A DNA stretch of 64,000 nucleotides from Opitutaceae bacterium (GCA_051252375.1 JBPOFY010000007.1:103843-167842); one strand, 5' to 3'. Positions 18,051 through 29,149 are shown, counted from the stretch's first letter. The notes: a model not told the origin generated them from the sequence alone. Numbers and translations: made by a program.

Positions 18051-18530
18051 ATGAATTTAAAACCCGAAACAATCGAAAAAATCGACAAGCTCGTGCCGCG
18101 TTATCCGACGGTAAAGAGTGCCGCGCTGCCGCTTTGCCATTTGGTGCAAGAAGACCAAGGCTATCTTTCGAATGAGGCTATGGAGTGGATCGCTGAGCGT
18201 CTCGACCTGCAGCCGATCAATATCCTCGAGCTTGTGACTTTCTACCCGATGCTCCGCACAGAGCCGACAGGTAAACATCATATCCGCGTCTGCCGCACAC
18301 TGCCTTGCGCATTGGCTGGTGCCTACCAAACCTGCAAGAAGCTGGAAGAAGCATTCAATTGTAAGGTAGGACATACTAGTGAAGACGGCTTGGTCACGCT
18401 GGAGTTTGTCGAATGCCATGCGGATTGCGGTAAAGCACCCGTCGTCATGGTTGGTGATGACGAATATACGAATATCAGCCCGGACGATGCGTCCGCGTTT
18501 GCAGAAAAAATTATAAACGGCGAAATCTAG
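18051..18530 (+). CDS. nuoE: NADH-quinone oxidoreductase subunit E
   Basis: VTFYPM, CRTLPC and ECHADC 2Fe-2S ligands. Confidence 0.94.
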   Translation: MNLKPETIEKIDKLVPRYPTVKSAALPLCHLVQEDQGYLSNEAMEWIAERLDLQPINILELVTFYPMLRTEPTGKHHIRVCRTLPCALAGAYQTCKKLEEAFNCKVGHTSEDGLVTLEFVECHADCGKAPVVMVGDDEYTNISPDDASAFAEKIINGEI

Positions 18531-18535
18531 AACTC

Positions 18536-19900
18536 ATGGCGATACAAGAACATAGGCTTATATTTAAGCACGTTGACGAGCCGGGCTACACCAACGATAT
18601 CGACTGCTACATCAAGCATGGTGGCTACGAGCAACTGAAGAAGGCTGTCACCATGAAGCCGGAAGACATCTGCGCTGAAGTCTTGGAGTCCGGTGTCCGT
18701 GGTCGTGGTGGTGCGGGTTTCCCTGCTGGCATGAAATGGAAGTTCCTCGACCGCAAGTCAGGCAAGCCAATCTATCTCGTTTGTAACTGCGACGAGTCAG
18801 AACCAGGCACGTTCAAAGACCGCCAAATCGTGCATCAAGACCCGCATCAATTGATCGAAGGCATGATGTGCTCGGCTTTCGCGATTCAGGCGAAATTAGC
18901 TTTTATCTATATCCGTGGTGAGTTTTTCGAAGGTTATAAAATCCTCGAACGTGCAATCGAAGAAGCCCGCGAGAAAAACCTGCTCGGTGATAACATCCTC
19001 GGTTCCGGTTACTCTTGCGACATCATCGTTCACCGTGGTGCAGGTGCTTACATCTGTGGCGAAGAAACCGGCTTGATCGAATCGATCGAAGGTAATCGCG
19101 CCAATCCACGCATTAAGCCTCCGTATTTTCCCGCAGCCTTGGGACTCTATCAATGCCCAACCATCGTGAACAATGTGGAAACACTTTGTGATGTGAAACA
19201 CATCATCGAACTAGGCGGTAAAGGCTTTGCCGCAATCGGCACACCTGGCAACACCGGCACACGTATTTGGTGCGTTTCCGGACACGTTGAAAAACCAGGC
19301 TACTACGAGTTTCCTTGTTCTGCAGTGACTCTCGGGCAATTGATTTACGATGTATGCGGTGGTCTCAAACCCGGACGCAAACTCAAGGCAGTCATTCCCG
19401 GCGGTTCATCTGCTAAGATTCTACGCGCAGACGAGCGTTTCACAGGTAAGCTAAAAGACGGCACAGAGTTTGATTGGGGCATTGAAGACATCCCCATGGA
19501 CTTCGATAGCCTAATGGCTGTCGGTTCGATGTCCGGTTCGGGTGGGGTGATCGTCATGGATGATTCCACTGACATGGTGGAAGCCCTTGCGAATATTAAT
19601 TATTTCTACGCCCATGAAAGCTGTGGTCAATGCACGCCTTGCCGTGAAGGTGTGCCCTGGATGCGTAAGGTGACACAGCGCATGGTCGATGGTGAAGCCC
19701 GCGAGGAAGACGCCGATTTACTTAAAAACATCGCCGACCAAATCGCAGGCCGCACAATTTGCGCCTTCGGTGAAGCGGCCTCATGGCCGGTGCAAAGTTT
19801 TATCGCAAAATTTAAAGATGAGTTTGTCGAGAAAGCTCGCGAACAAGCAGCCCGTCGCAAGGAAGGCAAAGACGCTGCCACGGAAACCACTTTGATTTAA
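18536..19900 (+). CDS. nuoF: NADH-quinone oxidoreductase subunit F
   Basis: GRGGAGFP, DESEPGTFKDR, GAGAYICGEET, ESCGQCTPCREG. Confidence 0.96.
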   Translation: MAIQEHRLIFKHVDEPGYTNDIDCYIKHGGYEQLKKAVTMKPEDICAEVLESGVRGRGGAGFPAGMKWKFLDRKSGKPIYLVCNCDESEPGTFKDRQIVHQDPHQLIEGMMCSAFAIQAKLAFIYIRGEFFEGYKILERAIEEAREKNLLGDNILGSGYSCDIIVHRGAGAYICGEETGLIESIEGNRANPRIKPPYFPAALGLYQCPTIVNNVETLCDVKHIIELGGKGFAAIGTPGNTGTRIWCVSGHVEKPGYYEFPCSAVTLGQLIYDVCGGLKPGRKLKAVIPGGSSAKILRADERFTGKLKDGTEFDWGIEDIPMDFDSLMAVGSMSGSGGVIVMDDSTDMVEALANINYFYAHESCGQCTPCREGVPWMRKVTQRMVDGEAREEDADLLKNIADQIAGRTICAFGEAASWPVQSFIAKFKDEFVEKAREQAARRKEGKDAATETTLI

Positions 19901-19904
19901 GACC

Positions 19905-21629
19905 ATGGAGATCAAAAACATCGTCGAAAATATCACCATCAACATCGATGGACAGGATGTAGATGTGCCGAAAGGCACAAATATCATCGAAGCCGTGAAG
20001 ATGGTGGGCAAGGGCAAGGAAGTGCCGCACTATTGCTACCACCCGAAGCTCAGCATCGCAGGCAACTGTCGCATGTGCATGGTCGAAATGGGCATGCCGA
20101 TGCGTGACCGTGCCACTGGCGAAGCCATTCTTGATGATGATGGAACCCAAAAGATCGGCTGGATGCCAAAACCGACGATTGGTTGCGCAACCAATGCTGC
20201 CCCAGGCATGCACATCCGCACAAATTCTGAAATGGTCAAAGAGTCGCGCAACGGTGTGACCGAGTTTCTCTTGATCAATCACCCGTTGGATTGCCCGATT
20301 TGCGACCAAGCAGGGGAGTGTCGTCTACAAGAATTTTCGGCAGAACATGGTCGTGGTTACAGTCGTTTCATTGAAGAGAAGAACGTTAAGCCAAAGCGCA
20401 CAAAGCTCGGGCCACGTGTTACACTTGATGACGAACGCTGCATTCTTTGTTCTCGTTGCGTTCGCTTCAGTAAGGAAATCGCCAACGACGACGTGCTCGG
20501 TTTCGTAGATCGTGGCACTTACTCAACGCTCACTTGCTATCCCGGCAAAGAGCTGGAGCACAACTACTCTTTAAACACGGTAGACATCTGCCCGGTTGGT
20601 GCACTCACCAGCACGGACTTCCGTTTTAAGATGCGCGTATGGTTCCTCAAGCGCACACATAGTATTTGCACGGAGAGCAGTGTCGGCGCGAATACAGAGA
20701 TCTGGAGCCGCGAAGGAAAAATTTATCGTGTCACGCCACGTCGTAATGATGCGGTGAATGACACTTGGATGACGGATTCCGGTCGTGGAATTTTCAAGAC
20801 GATCGATGCAGATGATCGTTTAACTCATTACACGATCGACGGTGTCCACAAAACACCTACGCAAGCCGCTGTCGCCGCTGCGGAGCTTCTCAAAGCAGGC
20901 GATGCCGCATTGATTGGTTCGGCACACAGCTCCGTGGAAGAACAATTTTACTACAAAGCCATTGCGGATCGCAGTAGTGCGAGAGTTGCACTCGTCAGTC
21001 ATTACGACAGTGCCGATGGCATTCTCCAATCTGAAGATCGCACACCAAACTTACGCGGTGCATTGGTCACTGGCTTGATCGATTCACTTCCGGAAGCTGA
21101 ATTGTCGGCAATTGCCCGCGAGATCAACTCTGGCGCAGTGAAGACATTGTTCGTCGTGAATGAAGACGTTACTCAATTAGGCATCCCTGCAGACGCCCTG
21201 AGTCAGGTGAAAGTCATTTACGTCGGCACGCATGCAAATGAGACGAGTCAAGGTGCAGCAGTGGTGCTGCCATCGCTTTCGGTCTTTGAAAAGGACGGCA
21301 CATTCATCAATCAGTCCTTCCGCCTACAACGCTTTAAGGCAGCAGTCCCTGGTCCAAACGGAGTGACTTCTGACTTTTCCGTTTTGGAGCAGGTCGCAGC
21401 TTCTCTCAACGATGAGAAGCCTGTTGCCATTACAATTGATACAGCTTGGGAATACATCGCCAAATCAATCAGCCAGTTCGAAGATACTTTACGTTGGCGC
21501 AGCATCCCAAATGAAGGTCTCGCGCTAGATGCCACGGCTTTCTTGGATATACCTTTTGTGGAAACTAAAAACTTAAAGTTTGACCCCGTCGCGTTTAAGG
21601 AGACGCATGCAACTCCCGCCGGAGCTTAA
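19905..21629 (+). CDS. nuoG: NADH-quinone oxidoreductase subunit G (short form)
   Basis: CYHPKLSIAGNCRMC, HPLDCPICDQAGEC, CILCSRC, CPVGAL. Confidence 0.94.
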   Translation: MEIKNIVENITINIDGQDVDVPKGTNIIEAVKMVGKGKEVPHYCYHPKLSIAGNCRMCMVEMGMPMRDRATGEAILDDDGTQKIGWMPKPTIGCATNAAPGMHIRTNSEMVKESRNGVTEFLLINHPLDCPICDQAGECRLQEFSAEHGRGYSRFIEEKNVKPKRTKLGPRVTLDDERCILCSRCVRFSKEIANDDVLGFVDRGTYSTLTCYPGKELEHNYSLNTVDICPVGALTSTDFRFKMRVWFLKRTHSICTESSVGANTEIWSREGKIYRVTPRRNDAVNDTWMTDSGRGIFKTIDADDRLTHYTIDGVHKTPTQAAVAAAELLKAGDAALIGSAHSSVEEQFYYKAIADRSSARVALVSHYDSADGILQSEDRTPNLRGALVTGLIDSLPEAELSAIAREINSGAVKTLFVVNEDVTQLGIPADALSQVKVIYVGTHANETSQGAAVVLPSLSVFEKDGTFINQSFRLQRFKAAVPGPNGVTSDFSVLEQVAASLNDEKPVAITIDTAWEYIAKSISQFEDTLRWRSIPNEGLALDATAFLDIPFVETKNLKFDPVAFKETHATPAGA

Positions 21630-21643
21630 GCAGACTTTCCAAT

Positions 21644-22747
21644 ATGGACATACTTGCCATGCTTCTTCCCATCGCGTTTTCGCTGACCATGATCTCCGTG
21701 TTCATGGGGCTGTGCAGTTACTCTGTGCTCGCCGAGCGTAAAGTCTCCAGTTGGATCCAAGGCCGCGTCGGTCCGAACCGCACGCGTATCCCACTCGTCG
21801 GACACATTCCGATCTTGGGCAACTTGCTGACCGGCTTAGGTATCTTTCAACCCGCAGCCGACGGTCTGAAGTTTCTTTTCAAAGAAGAAATCACACCTGG
21901 TCACGTTAAAGTGGGGTATTACTATTTGGCGCCGATCATCGCATTGGCTCCTGCACTGACCACGATGGTTGTGCTGCCGTTTGGTCGCTATGTGGATCCT
22001 GCCGGAGTAGTGCAGCCACTTGTGTTGGCTAACATCGATGTTGGCATCCTCTTCATTCTCGGGGTGTCATCACTTGGAGTTTACGGTATCGTTCTGGCCG
22101 GCTGGTCTTCGAATAGTAAATACCCATTCCTCGGTGCGATTCGTTCGTCCGCGCAGATGATTTCTTACGAGCTTGCGATGGGCTTGGCTATTTTGCCCGT
22201 CTTCATGTGGAGCTCGGCACCGGGTTCTGAGTATGGTCTTAGCTTATTCGGAGTCGTCCAATCGCAGCAGTCACTCTGGTTGATCATTTGGCAGCCACTG
22301 TCCGCTTTGATTTTCCTCGTCGCAGTATTTGCGGAAACCAATCGCTTGCCATTCGACATGGCGGAATCGGAGACTGACCTCGTTGGTGGTTTCCATACCG
22401 AATACGGTTGTTTCAAATTCGGTCTCTTCTTCGTGGCAGAGTATGCTCACGTCATCATGGGCTCCGCGCTCTTCGTCTGCCTCTTCTTAGGTGGATGGAA
22501 TTTCCTACCTGGCATCGCAGATCCATGGGCTGACAACGTTTTCGGCACAGTCCTGTCCGTGCTCTGGTTCATGAGCAAAGTCTTCTTCATGATCTTCTTC
22601 TTTATCTGGGTGCGTTGGACTTTACCGCGTTTCCGCTACGACCAAGTCATGAGCCTTGGTTGGAAGATCCTTCTTCCACTCGCAATCGGCAACTTGGTGT
22701 TCAACACACTGATCATCGCCGCTTACGATCACTTTACCCGCAACTAA
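21644..22747 (+). CDS. nuoH: NADH-quinone oxidoreductase subunit H
   Basis: ERK..IQGRVGPN, ADGLK, AETNRLPFD, RFRYDQ. Confidence 0.96.
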   Translation: MDILAMLLPIAFSLTMISVFMGLCSYSVLAERKVSSWIQGRVGPNRTRIPLVGHIPILGNLLTGLGIFQPAADGLKFLFKEEITPGHVKVGYYYLAPIIALAPALTTMVVLPFGRYVDPAGVVQPLVLANIDVGILFILGVSSLGVYGIVLAGWSSNSKYPFLGAIRSSAQMISYELAMGLAILPVFMWSSAPGSEYGLSLFGVVQSQQSLWLIIWQPLSALIFLVAVFAETNRLPFDMAESETDLVGGFHTEYGCFKFGLFFVAEYAHVIMGSALFVCLFLGGWNFLPGIADPWADNVFGTVLSVLWFMSKVFFMIFFFIWVRWTLPRFRYDQVMSLGWKILLPLAIGNLVFNTLIIAAYDHFTRN

Positions 22748-22748
22748 T

Positions 22749-23300
22749 ATGGCCAAAACAAAAGTTCTCGAAAGAAAACCACTGACCTTCGCGGAAAAGA
22801 CATTCATTCCGCAAATTATTGGCGGTTTGAAGACGACCTTCGGCACGATGCTGAAGAAGGGCGTGACGCTTCAATACCCAGAAGAGCGCCCGGTCATTCC
22901 TAATAACTATCGCGGTGTGCCGACTTTGGTCAAAGATCCCAATGGTCGTGAGAAATGCGTTTCTTGCCAGCTTTGTGAATTCGTCTGTCCACCCAAAGCG
23001 ATCCGAATCACTCCAGGTGAAATCGATGCTGAAGCAGAACCAGATCGCGCGCACGTTGAGAAGGCTCCGAAGGAATTTGATATCAACATGCTGCGGTGTA
23101 TCTATTGCGGTCTTTGCCAAGAAGTCTGCCCAGAGGAGGCTATTTTCCTACAAGACGTTTTCTCACTTTCCGGATATAGCCGTGAGGAGATGGTGAACAA
23201 CAAAGCAAAACTTTATGAGCTTGGGGGCACTTTGCCTGACAAGCATCTTAAATGGGATAAAAAGAAAGCAGCCGAGTCCGCCGGCAATGCGCATCATTAA
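22749..23300 (+). CDS. nuoI: NADH-quinone oxidoreductase subunit I
   Basis: Two CxxCxxCxxxCP motifs; TLQYPEE. Confidence 0.96.
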   Translation: MAKTKVLERKPLTFAEKTFIPQIIGGLKTTFGTMLKKGVTLQYPEERPVIPNNYRGVPTLVKDPNGREKCVSCQLCEFVCPPKAIRITPGEIDAEAEPDRAHVEKAPKEFDINMLRCIYCGLCQEVCPEEAIFLQDVFSLSGYSREEMVNNKAKLYELGGTLPDKHLKWDKKKAAESAGNAHH

Positions 23301-23308
23301 TTAAGGAT

Positions 23309-23851
23309 ATGTTAGATATACTATTTTACGTTTTTGCCGCGATCGTTTTGGTGTCCGCCCTGTTAATGGTGGTCAGCCCGAACGCTGTGAACGGTGCGAT
23401 GTGTATGATCGTTTCTTTCGTCGGCACTGCTGCGCTCTTTGTATTATTGGAAGCCTACTTCCTCGCGATCCTTCAAGTGTTGGTATACGCAGGAGCAGTC
23501 ATGGTTTTGTTCCTCTTCATCATCATGCTTCTGGATGTAGATAAAAGTGAAGGCAACTACTTGAAAGATAAGTTAACACTCGGCGCTGCGATCATCGGCT
23601 TTGCGCTTGTTGCGATCTTGGTCTGCAGTGCATTTGCGGGTGCTCATCATTTACCTGAGCCTGGCTTGTTACCGGTTCTCGAAAACCCAACAGGAGAGGG
23701 CTTAGGCATCCCGTTTACGACTTCGTCGAAATCCTTCGGCTACAGTTTATTTTCCAAATACATGCTGCCTTTCCAAGTGACTGGTTTCCTTCTTCTTGCC
23801 GCCATGATTGGCGTCATCGTTGTCTCTAAAAAACACGAAGAGAATTCTTAA
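23309..23851 (+). CDS. nuoJ: NADH-quinone oxidoreductase subunit J
   Basis: QVLVYAGAVMVLFLFIIML. Confidence 0.95.
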   Translation: MLDILFYVFAAIVLVSALLMVVSPNAVNGAMCMIVSFVGTAALFVLLEAYFLAILQVLVYAGAVMVLFLFIIMLLDVDKSEGNYLKDKLTLGAAIIGFALVAILVCSAFAGAHHLPEPGLLPVLENPTGEGLGIPFTTSSKSFGYSLFSKYMLPFQVTGFLLLAAMIGVIVVSKKHEENS

Positions 23852-23872
23852 TTCTTAATTCCTATTTCTAAA

Positions 23873-24178
23873 ATGACTGTCGGACTGAATGCCTTTCTCC
23901 TTGTTTCCGGATTGCTCTTTGCAATCGGATTGCTCGGGGTGATTCTGCGAAAGAATACACTCGTCATCTACATGTCGTTGGAGCTCATGCTCAACGCGGT
24001 GAATCTCGCGCTAGTCGCTTTCTCCCGCTACAACGGAACGATGGACGGTAACCTTTTCGTCTTTTTTATCATCACGGTGGCAGCTGCGGAAGTTGCAGTG
24101 GGCCTTGCCATCATCGTTGCACTTTTCCGTCGCCGTCAATCTGTGATGGTTGATCAATTAAACGCTCTGAGTCGCTAA
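23873..24178 (+). CDS. nuoK: NADH-quinone oxidoreductase subunit K
   Basis: [22 protein letters not shown]. Confidence 0.96.
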   Translation: MTVGLNAFLLVSGLLFAIGLLGVILRKNTLVIYMSLELMLNAVNLALVAFSRYNGTMDGNLFVFFIITVAAAEVAVGLAIIVALFRRRQSVMVDQLNALSR

Positions 24179-24186
24179 GTAATACC

Positions 24187-26046
24187 ATGACCGCTACTCA
24201 ATCACTTCTCGCCGCATTGCTTGCACCGCTGCTTTCTGCCGCGCTGATCACATTCTTTTTCCGCCGACGTGGCGTGATCGCATCGGCGATCTCCGTCGTT
24301 GCTGCTGCTGCAATCTTCATCTTTTCGCTTCTCGCTATTCGTGAGATGGGAACAGAGTCAGTCGTCGCATCATGGGACTGGCTGACATTCGGCAACTTCA
24401 ATGTGTCGATGGGCTTCTTCTTTGACGGCACGGCTGCGACGATGCTGACGATGGTCGCTTTTGTCGGCTTCTTGATCCATGTCTTTAGTCTCGGCTACAT
24501 GTCCGACGATAAGGCTCGTGCACGTTTCTTCGGCGGACTTTCGATCTTCATGTTCTCCATGCTGGGCATCATTCTGGCGGACAACTTGATCATGATTTTC
24601 GTCTTCTGGGAGCTCGTTGGTTTTAGCTCCTACATGTTGATCGGACACTACTTGGACACTGAAGAAGCGGCTGCAGCTTCAAAGAAAGCATTCATCGTCA
24701 ACCGTATCGGTGACCTTGGTTTCTTGGTCGGTATCGTTTACGCTTACTGGCACTTTGGCACAACCAATATCAGTGAGATGCACGGGATCGTTGCTGCCAA
24801 TGCAGATCTAGTGAATGCAGTGATTGCTGCCTGCTTGATGTGTGGATTCATCGGTAAGTCTGCGCAATTCCCTCTACATGTTTGGTTGCCCGATGCGATG
24901 GCAGGCCCGACTCCGGTTTCTGCACTGATCCACGCTGCTACGATGGTCGCGGCAGGTGTGTATTTCCTTATCCGTATCGCCTTCCTCTTCCCCGAGAGCG
25001 TGCTTGGCGGCATTGCCATCCTCGGCACATCGGTTGCGGTCTATGCTGGCTTCTGTGCTTACGGTCAAAATGATATTAAGAAAATCTTAGCTTACTCCAC
25101 GCTATCGCAGCTAGGCTATATGGCAGCTGCATTCGGATTGGGCTTTCCCGGCATCGCGCTCTTTCACTTGATCACACACGCCTTCTTTAAGGCATTGTTG
25201 TTCTTAGGTGCGGGTTCGATCATTCATGGCTGCCACCACGAGCAGGACATTTTCAAGATGGGTGGCATCTTCAAGAAGATGCCGATCACTTCCATTACTT
25301 TCGTGCTCGGCGTCTTAGCGCTTTGCGGCGTGTATGGTTTCTCAGGTTTCTATTCCAAAGATGCGATTTTAATCGCTGCTGGACTCGATGGAACACTGCT
25401 TTTCTTTCTGCTGACAGGTGGTGCCTTCTTGACCGCGGGTTATATGGGTCGTTTGGTTTGGATCGTCTTTTTCGGCAAGCCGAAGTCAGACGCTGCATCG
25501 CACGCGCACGAAAGTGGTTTCACGATGTTACTGCCACTTGTCGTCTTGGCAGTGCTTTCCGTGGCAGGCGGTTGGCTTTCATTCTGGCCTGAGCAACTCG
25601 GTCACATAATTCATCTCGATGAAGTCAAACTTCACAATGCTGCTGGTTATGCGGACAAGCACCATTTAGTGCTCATCCTCGGCAGTGCCGCCTGGATTGT
25701 CGGCTTACTCGGTTCGCTTCTTTTCTATGGTAAAGGTGCCACTGAAGACCAACTCGAAAAGAGGGCAGCGCCTGTTTATGGATTCCTTAAAAGCCGCCTT
25801 TGGTTTGATGAAATCTACGACTATTATGTCGCCAAGATCCAACAACGTTTTGCCGGCTTATTGAGCGTGCTGGATGTGTTTGTGATCAAGGGTGTGCTCG
25901 TTCGTGGCAGTGCCGGTCTTGTGGGACTCATCGGCATGTGCTCGAAATCGCAACACGTGGGTAGCATTCACGGTTATGTTTATTGGTTCCTTGCCGGGTT
26001 GATCTTTTTCTGGGTCGTTGCCACCGGGGTTTTGAAATCTTTCTAA
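24187..26046 (+). CDS. nuoL: NADH-quinone oxidoreductase subunit L
   Basis: KSAQFPLHVWLPDAMAGPTPVSALIHAATMV, THAFFKALLFL. Confidence 0.96.
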   Translation: MTATQSLLAALLAPLLSAALITFFFRRRGVIASAISVVAAAAIFIFSLLAIREMGTESVVASWDWLTFGNFNVSMGFFFDGTAATMLTMVAFVGFLIHVFSLGYMSDDKARARFFGGLSIFMFSMLGIILADNLIMIFVFWELVGFSSYMLIGHYLDTEEAAAASKKAFIVNRIGDLGFLVGIVYAYWHFGTTNISEMHGIVAANADLVNAVIAACLMCGFIGKSAQFPLHVWLPDAMAGPTPVSALIHAATMVAAGVYFLIRIAFLFPESVLGGIAILGTSVAVYAGFCAYGQNDIKKILAYSTLSQLGYMAAAFGLGFPGIALFHLITHAFFKALLFLGAGSIIHGCHHEQDIFKMGGIFKKMPITSITFVLGVLALCGVYGFSGFYSKDAILIAAGLDGTLLFFLLTGGAFLTAGYMGRLVWIVFFGKPKSDAASHAHESGFTMLLPLVVLAVLSVAGGWLSFWPEQLGHIIHLDEVKLHNAAGYADKHHLVLILGSAAWIVGLLGSLLFYGKGATEDQLEKRAAPVYGFLKSRLWFDEIYDYYVAKIQQRFAGLLSVLDVFVIKGVLVRGSAGLVGLIGMCSKSQHVGSIHGYVYWFLAGLIFFWVVATGVLKSF

Positions 26047-26057
26047 TTTTTGTTCAG

Positions 26058-27641
26058 ATGGGACACTACGATACAACTTCACTTTTCCTCCTAGCGGCGA
26101 TCCTCGCCCCGCTTATCGCGGGTGTGATTTTGCTCTTTGGTGGCCGCTTTCATATCAATACTTTGCGAGCGATCGGTGCCTTTGGCTTCGGTTGGCCACT
26201 GATTATCGGTTTGATGCTATACAGTCTTTTCGAGCCCTCGCTGGTCGGAGACTATAATTTCGAAATGCGCATGCCAACTGGTTTGGAGAGCATCGGCATT
26301 TATCTGCACTTAGGTTTGAACGGCATATCTATGCCTTTGTTCTTGCTCGCTGGCACAGTTGGCTTCGCGGCAGGTCTGTATGCGATGTATTCCAACGCGG
26401 AACGCTTGCACCTCTATCTCGCGCTCTTGCTGTTTATGCTGGGCGGTTTGATGGGCACCTTTGCTTCGGTCGATATCTTCTTCTTCTACTTCTTCCACGA
26501 GTTCGCACTGATCCCAACTTTCATCATGATCGGTATTTGGGGTGGGGCTGGACGTCGTAGCGCTGCGATCGAAATGACGATCTACCTAACACTTGGCGCA
26601 TTGCTTTCCTTGCTCGGTTTGATCGCACTCTACGTGCAAAGTGGGGCGGACTCGTTCTCACTATTGGAACTCCGTCAATACCTGTTGGCGCAACCACTTT
26701 CCGAAACGGTGCAGAATAACATCTTCGCGCTCTTACTCTTCGGTTTTGGTATTCTAGTTTCGCTCTTCCCGTTCCACTCGTGGGCGCCCAAGGGATATGC
26801 AGTCGCTCCTTCCGGAGCAGCCATGCTCCATGCGGGTGTATTGAAGAAATTCGGTCTCTATGGTCTCTTGCAAATAGCTGCACCGTTGTTACCTGCAGGA
26901 GCCGCGCATTGGTTCCCGTGGATCGTTGGATTGGCGCTGTGCAATATTCTTTTCATCGGTTTAGTGACGATGGCGCAGAAGGATCTCAAGATGATGCTCG
27001 GCTATAGTTCGGTTATGCACATGGGCTATGCCTTCCTCGGTATCGCAACTTTCTCAATCGTTGGAGTGGGTGGGGCACTGCTTATGATGGTGGCGCACGG
27101 TCTTTCAGTTGCTTTGCTCTTCATGCTATCTACCTGCATCTACCATCGGAGTCAGACATTTGACCTCTCCAAAATGGGTGGATTAGCAACTAAAGCTCCG
27201 GTCTTAGCGGCATTTTTCGTCGCAGCAACAATGGCAAGCATTGGTCTTCCCGGGTTTGGTAATTTCTGGGGTGAGTTTACGATCTTCGCAGCCTTAGCTG
27301 AGACAGAAGCGACACGCTGGATCGTCGCACCGGCTGCCATTGGTATTATCATTTCCGCAATCTATGGACTGCGTGCAGTGGCCAATATTTTCTTCGGTCA
27401 GCCGAAGGAAGAGTTCGAGGCACAACTGAATGGCGGCACCATCGAAGACTTGAAGGGGTTTGAGAAATTGCCCGCGGGCATCCTCATCGCAGCCCTGGTC
27501 ATTGTAGGCATTTTCCCACGTATTCTTTCCGACGACGCAAACCGTGAACTCGCTGAAATTTATCCAACTGTAAATACACTGCCACATCACGAGGTGAGTG
27601 CTATACCGTCTAAGGAGACCCATAAGGAGGTGTCACACTAA
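26058..27641 (+). CDS. nuoM: NADH-quinone oxidoreductase subunit M
   Basis: FPFHSW, YSSVMHMG, ASIGLPG..NFWGEF; ATG at 26058, after the nuoL stop. Confidence 0.94.
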   Translation: MGHYDTTSLFLLAAILAPLIAGVILLFGGRFHINTLRAIGAFGFGWPLIIGLMLYSLFEPSLVGDYNFEMRMPTGLESIGIYLHLGLNGISMPLFLLAGTVGFAAGLYAMYSNAERLHLYLALLLFMLGGLMGTFASVDIFFFYFFHEFALIPTFIMIGIWGGAGRRSAAIEMTIYLTLGALLSLLGLIALYVQSGADSFSLLELRQYLLAQPLSETVQNNIFALLLFGFGILVSLFPFHSWAPKGYAVAPSGAAMLHAGVLKKFGLYGLLQIAAPLLPAGAAHWFPWIVGLALCNILFIGLVTMAQKDLKMMLGYSSVMHMGYAFLGIATFSIVGVGGALLMMVAHGLSVALLFMLSTCIYHRSQTFDLSKMGGLATKAPVLAAFFVAATMASIGLPGFGNFWGEFTIFAALAETEATRWIVAPAAIGIIISAIYGLRAVANIFFGQPKEEFEAQLNGGTIEDLKGFEKLPAGILIAALVIVGIFPRILSDDANRELAEIYPTVNTLPHHEVSAIPSKETHKEVSH

Positions 27642-29149
27642 TGAACGATCTTCTAGCAGAATTTCTCCGCGGTTATACCGCGAATAATCAGTGGGCAGTC
27701 ATCATGCCCGAAATCATGCTCGCCGTATTGGCCTTGGGCTTACTCGGCGCTGAAATGGTTTTACCAAAGAAGAGCCATGGTCTGATCCCGCGCCTTGCAC
27801 TTTGGGGGCAGCTTTTTGTTCTCGTCGTTGCGATGACGGCTGGCAGCTACATTGGGTTTGAGCCAAAAAGCTATTTCAGCGGCATGATATACCAGACGGA
27901 TATCACGCAATTCATGCGCGGCTTCTTCTTAGTATGCTCTATTTTAGTTTGTTACCTGGGACACATTTACCTCTCAAAGCAGCAACTGCCGAAGACAGAG
28001 TTTTACCATTTAGTGATCATCATATCCGCCGCGATGATGCTACTCGTGCAGAGCTCGAACTTCGTCATGCTGTTTGTGGCACTCGAAACTGTGACAGTTG
28101 CCTTCTATGTATTGGTGGCGTATTGCCGCAGCAGCTCACTGTCGCTTGAAGCGGGTTTAAAGTATTTGGTAATGGGCGCCTTGAGCTCATCGATTTTGCT
28201 CTTTGGCATTGTGCTGTTGTATGGCGTAGCCGGTAACCCCGAGTTGGCATTCAATAGCCAAGATGCGTTAAACTTTGATGAGCTGCGGAATTTCATTGCT
28301 CTAAATTCGGACAATTTACTCGTGCGTGTTGGAGCATTGTTGGTGATTGCTGGTATCTGCTTTAAGATCGGCGCGGTTCCTTTCCAGATTTGGGTGCCAG
28401 ATGTTTATCAAGGTTCGCCGACTCCAGTGACAGCTTATCTTGCTGTGGCGTCGAAGGCTGCTGGATTCATCGTCCTTCTGCAACTGGTCACTGGACCTTT
28501 CATGGGGCTGCAAGGCTTGCTAGTGCCAGTGCTTTCATTTGTTGCCGCAGCCACGATACTGTTCGGCAACTTTGCCGCTGTCACACAGCGTAATGTAAAA
28601 CGCCTAATGGGACTTTCCGGCATCGCGCATGCCGGCTACTTGCTCGTCGGAGTGATTGCCGCTATACGTGGCGTTCATTGGGCACCCTATGCAGTCATCT
28701 TTTATCTCGTGACCTATCTACTGGCTTCGTTTGCCGTCTTCGGTGTCATGACGCATTTGGCTGGATCCGACGATGCCAATCAGGAATTGGAAGACTATGA
28801 GAACCTAGCCCGTAAGCGCCCGTTCTTAGGTGGCATTCTTGCGTGTGGCCTAGGTTCTTTAGCCGGCATCCCACCATTGGGAGGATTTATTGGAAAGCTA
28901 TTCCTCTTCGTCGCAGCTTTCCAAGCAGAGCTCTTTGGACTACTTGGCATTTCAGTGCTCGGTGTCGTGATCTCGATTTACTATTACTTCGGATGGGTGC
29001 GTGAATGCTATTTCGGTAATGCTTCAGATGAAGTCATACATGACGCCAAGGCACCATTCAATATGAGTGATCGCGTTTTACTCGGTGCGCTTGTTGTTGG
29101 GACTGTCATCATCGGCATCGTGCCTGCTGCGCTTCCAATCATACCTTAA
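27641..29149 (+). CDS. nuoN: NADH-quinone oxidoreductase subunit N
   Basis: EAGLKY, FKIGAVPFQIWVPDVYQGSP, LAGIPPL.GFIGK. Confidence 0.95.
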   Translation: MNDLLAEFLRGYTANNQWAVIMPEIMLAVLALGLLGAEMVLPKKSHGLIPRLALWGQLFVLVVAMTAGSYIGFEPKSYFSGMIYQTDITQFMRGFFLVCSILVCYLGHIYLSKQQLPKTEFYHLVIIISAAMMLLVQSSNFVMLFVALETVTVAFYVLVAYCRSSSLSLEAGLKYLVMGALSSSILLFGIVLLYGVAGNPELAFNSQDALNFDELRNFIALNSDNLLVRVGALLVIAGICFKIGAVPFQIWVPDVYQGSPTPVTAYLAVASKAAGFIVLLQLVTGPFMGLQGLLVPVLSFVAAATILFGNFAAVTQRNVKRLMGLSGIAHAGYLLVGVIAAIRGVHWAPYAVIFYLVTYLLASFAVFGVMTHLAGSDDANQELEDYENLARKRPFLGGILACGLGSLAGIPPLGGFIGKLFLFVAAFQAELFGLLGISVLGVVISIYYYFGWVRECYFGNASDEVIHDAKAPFNMSDRVLLGALVVGTVIIGIVPAALPIIP

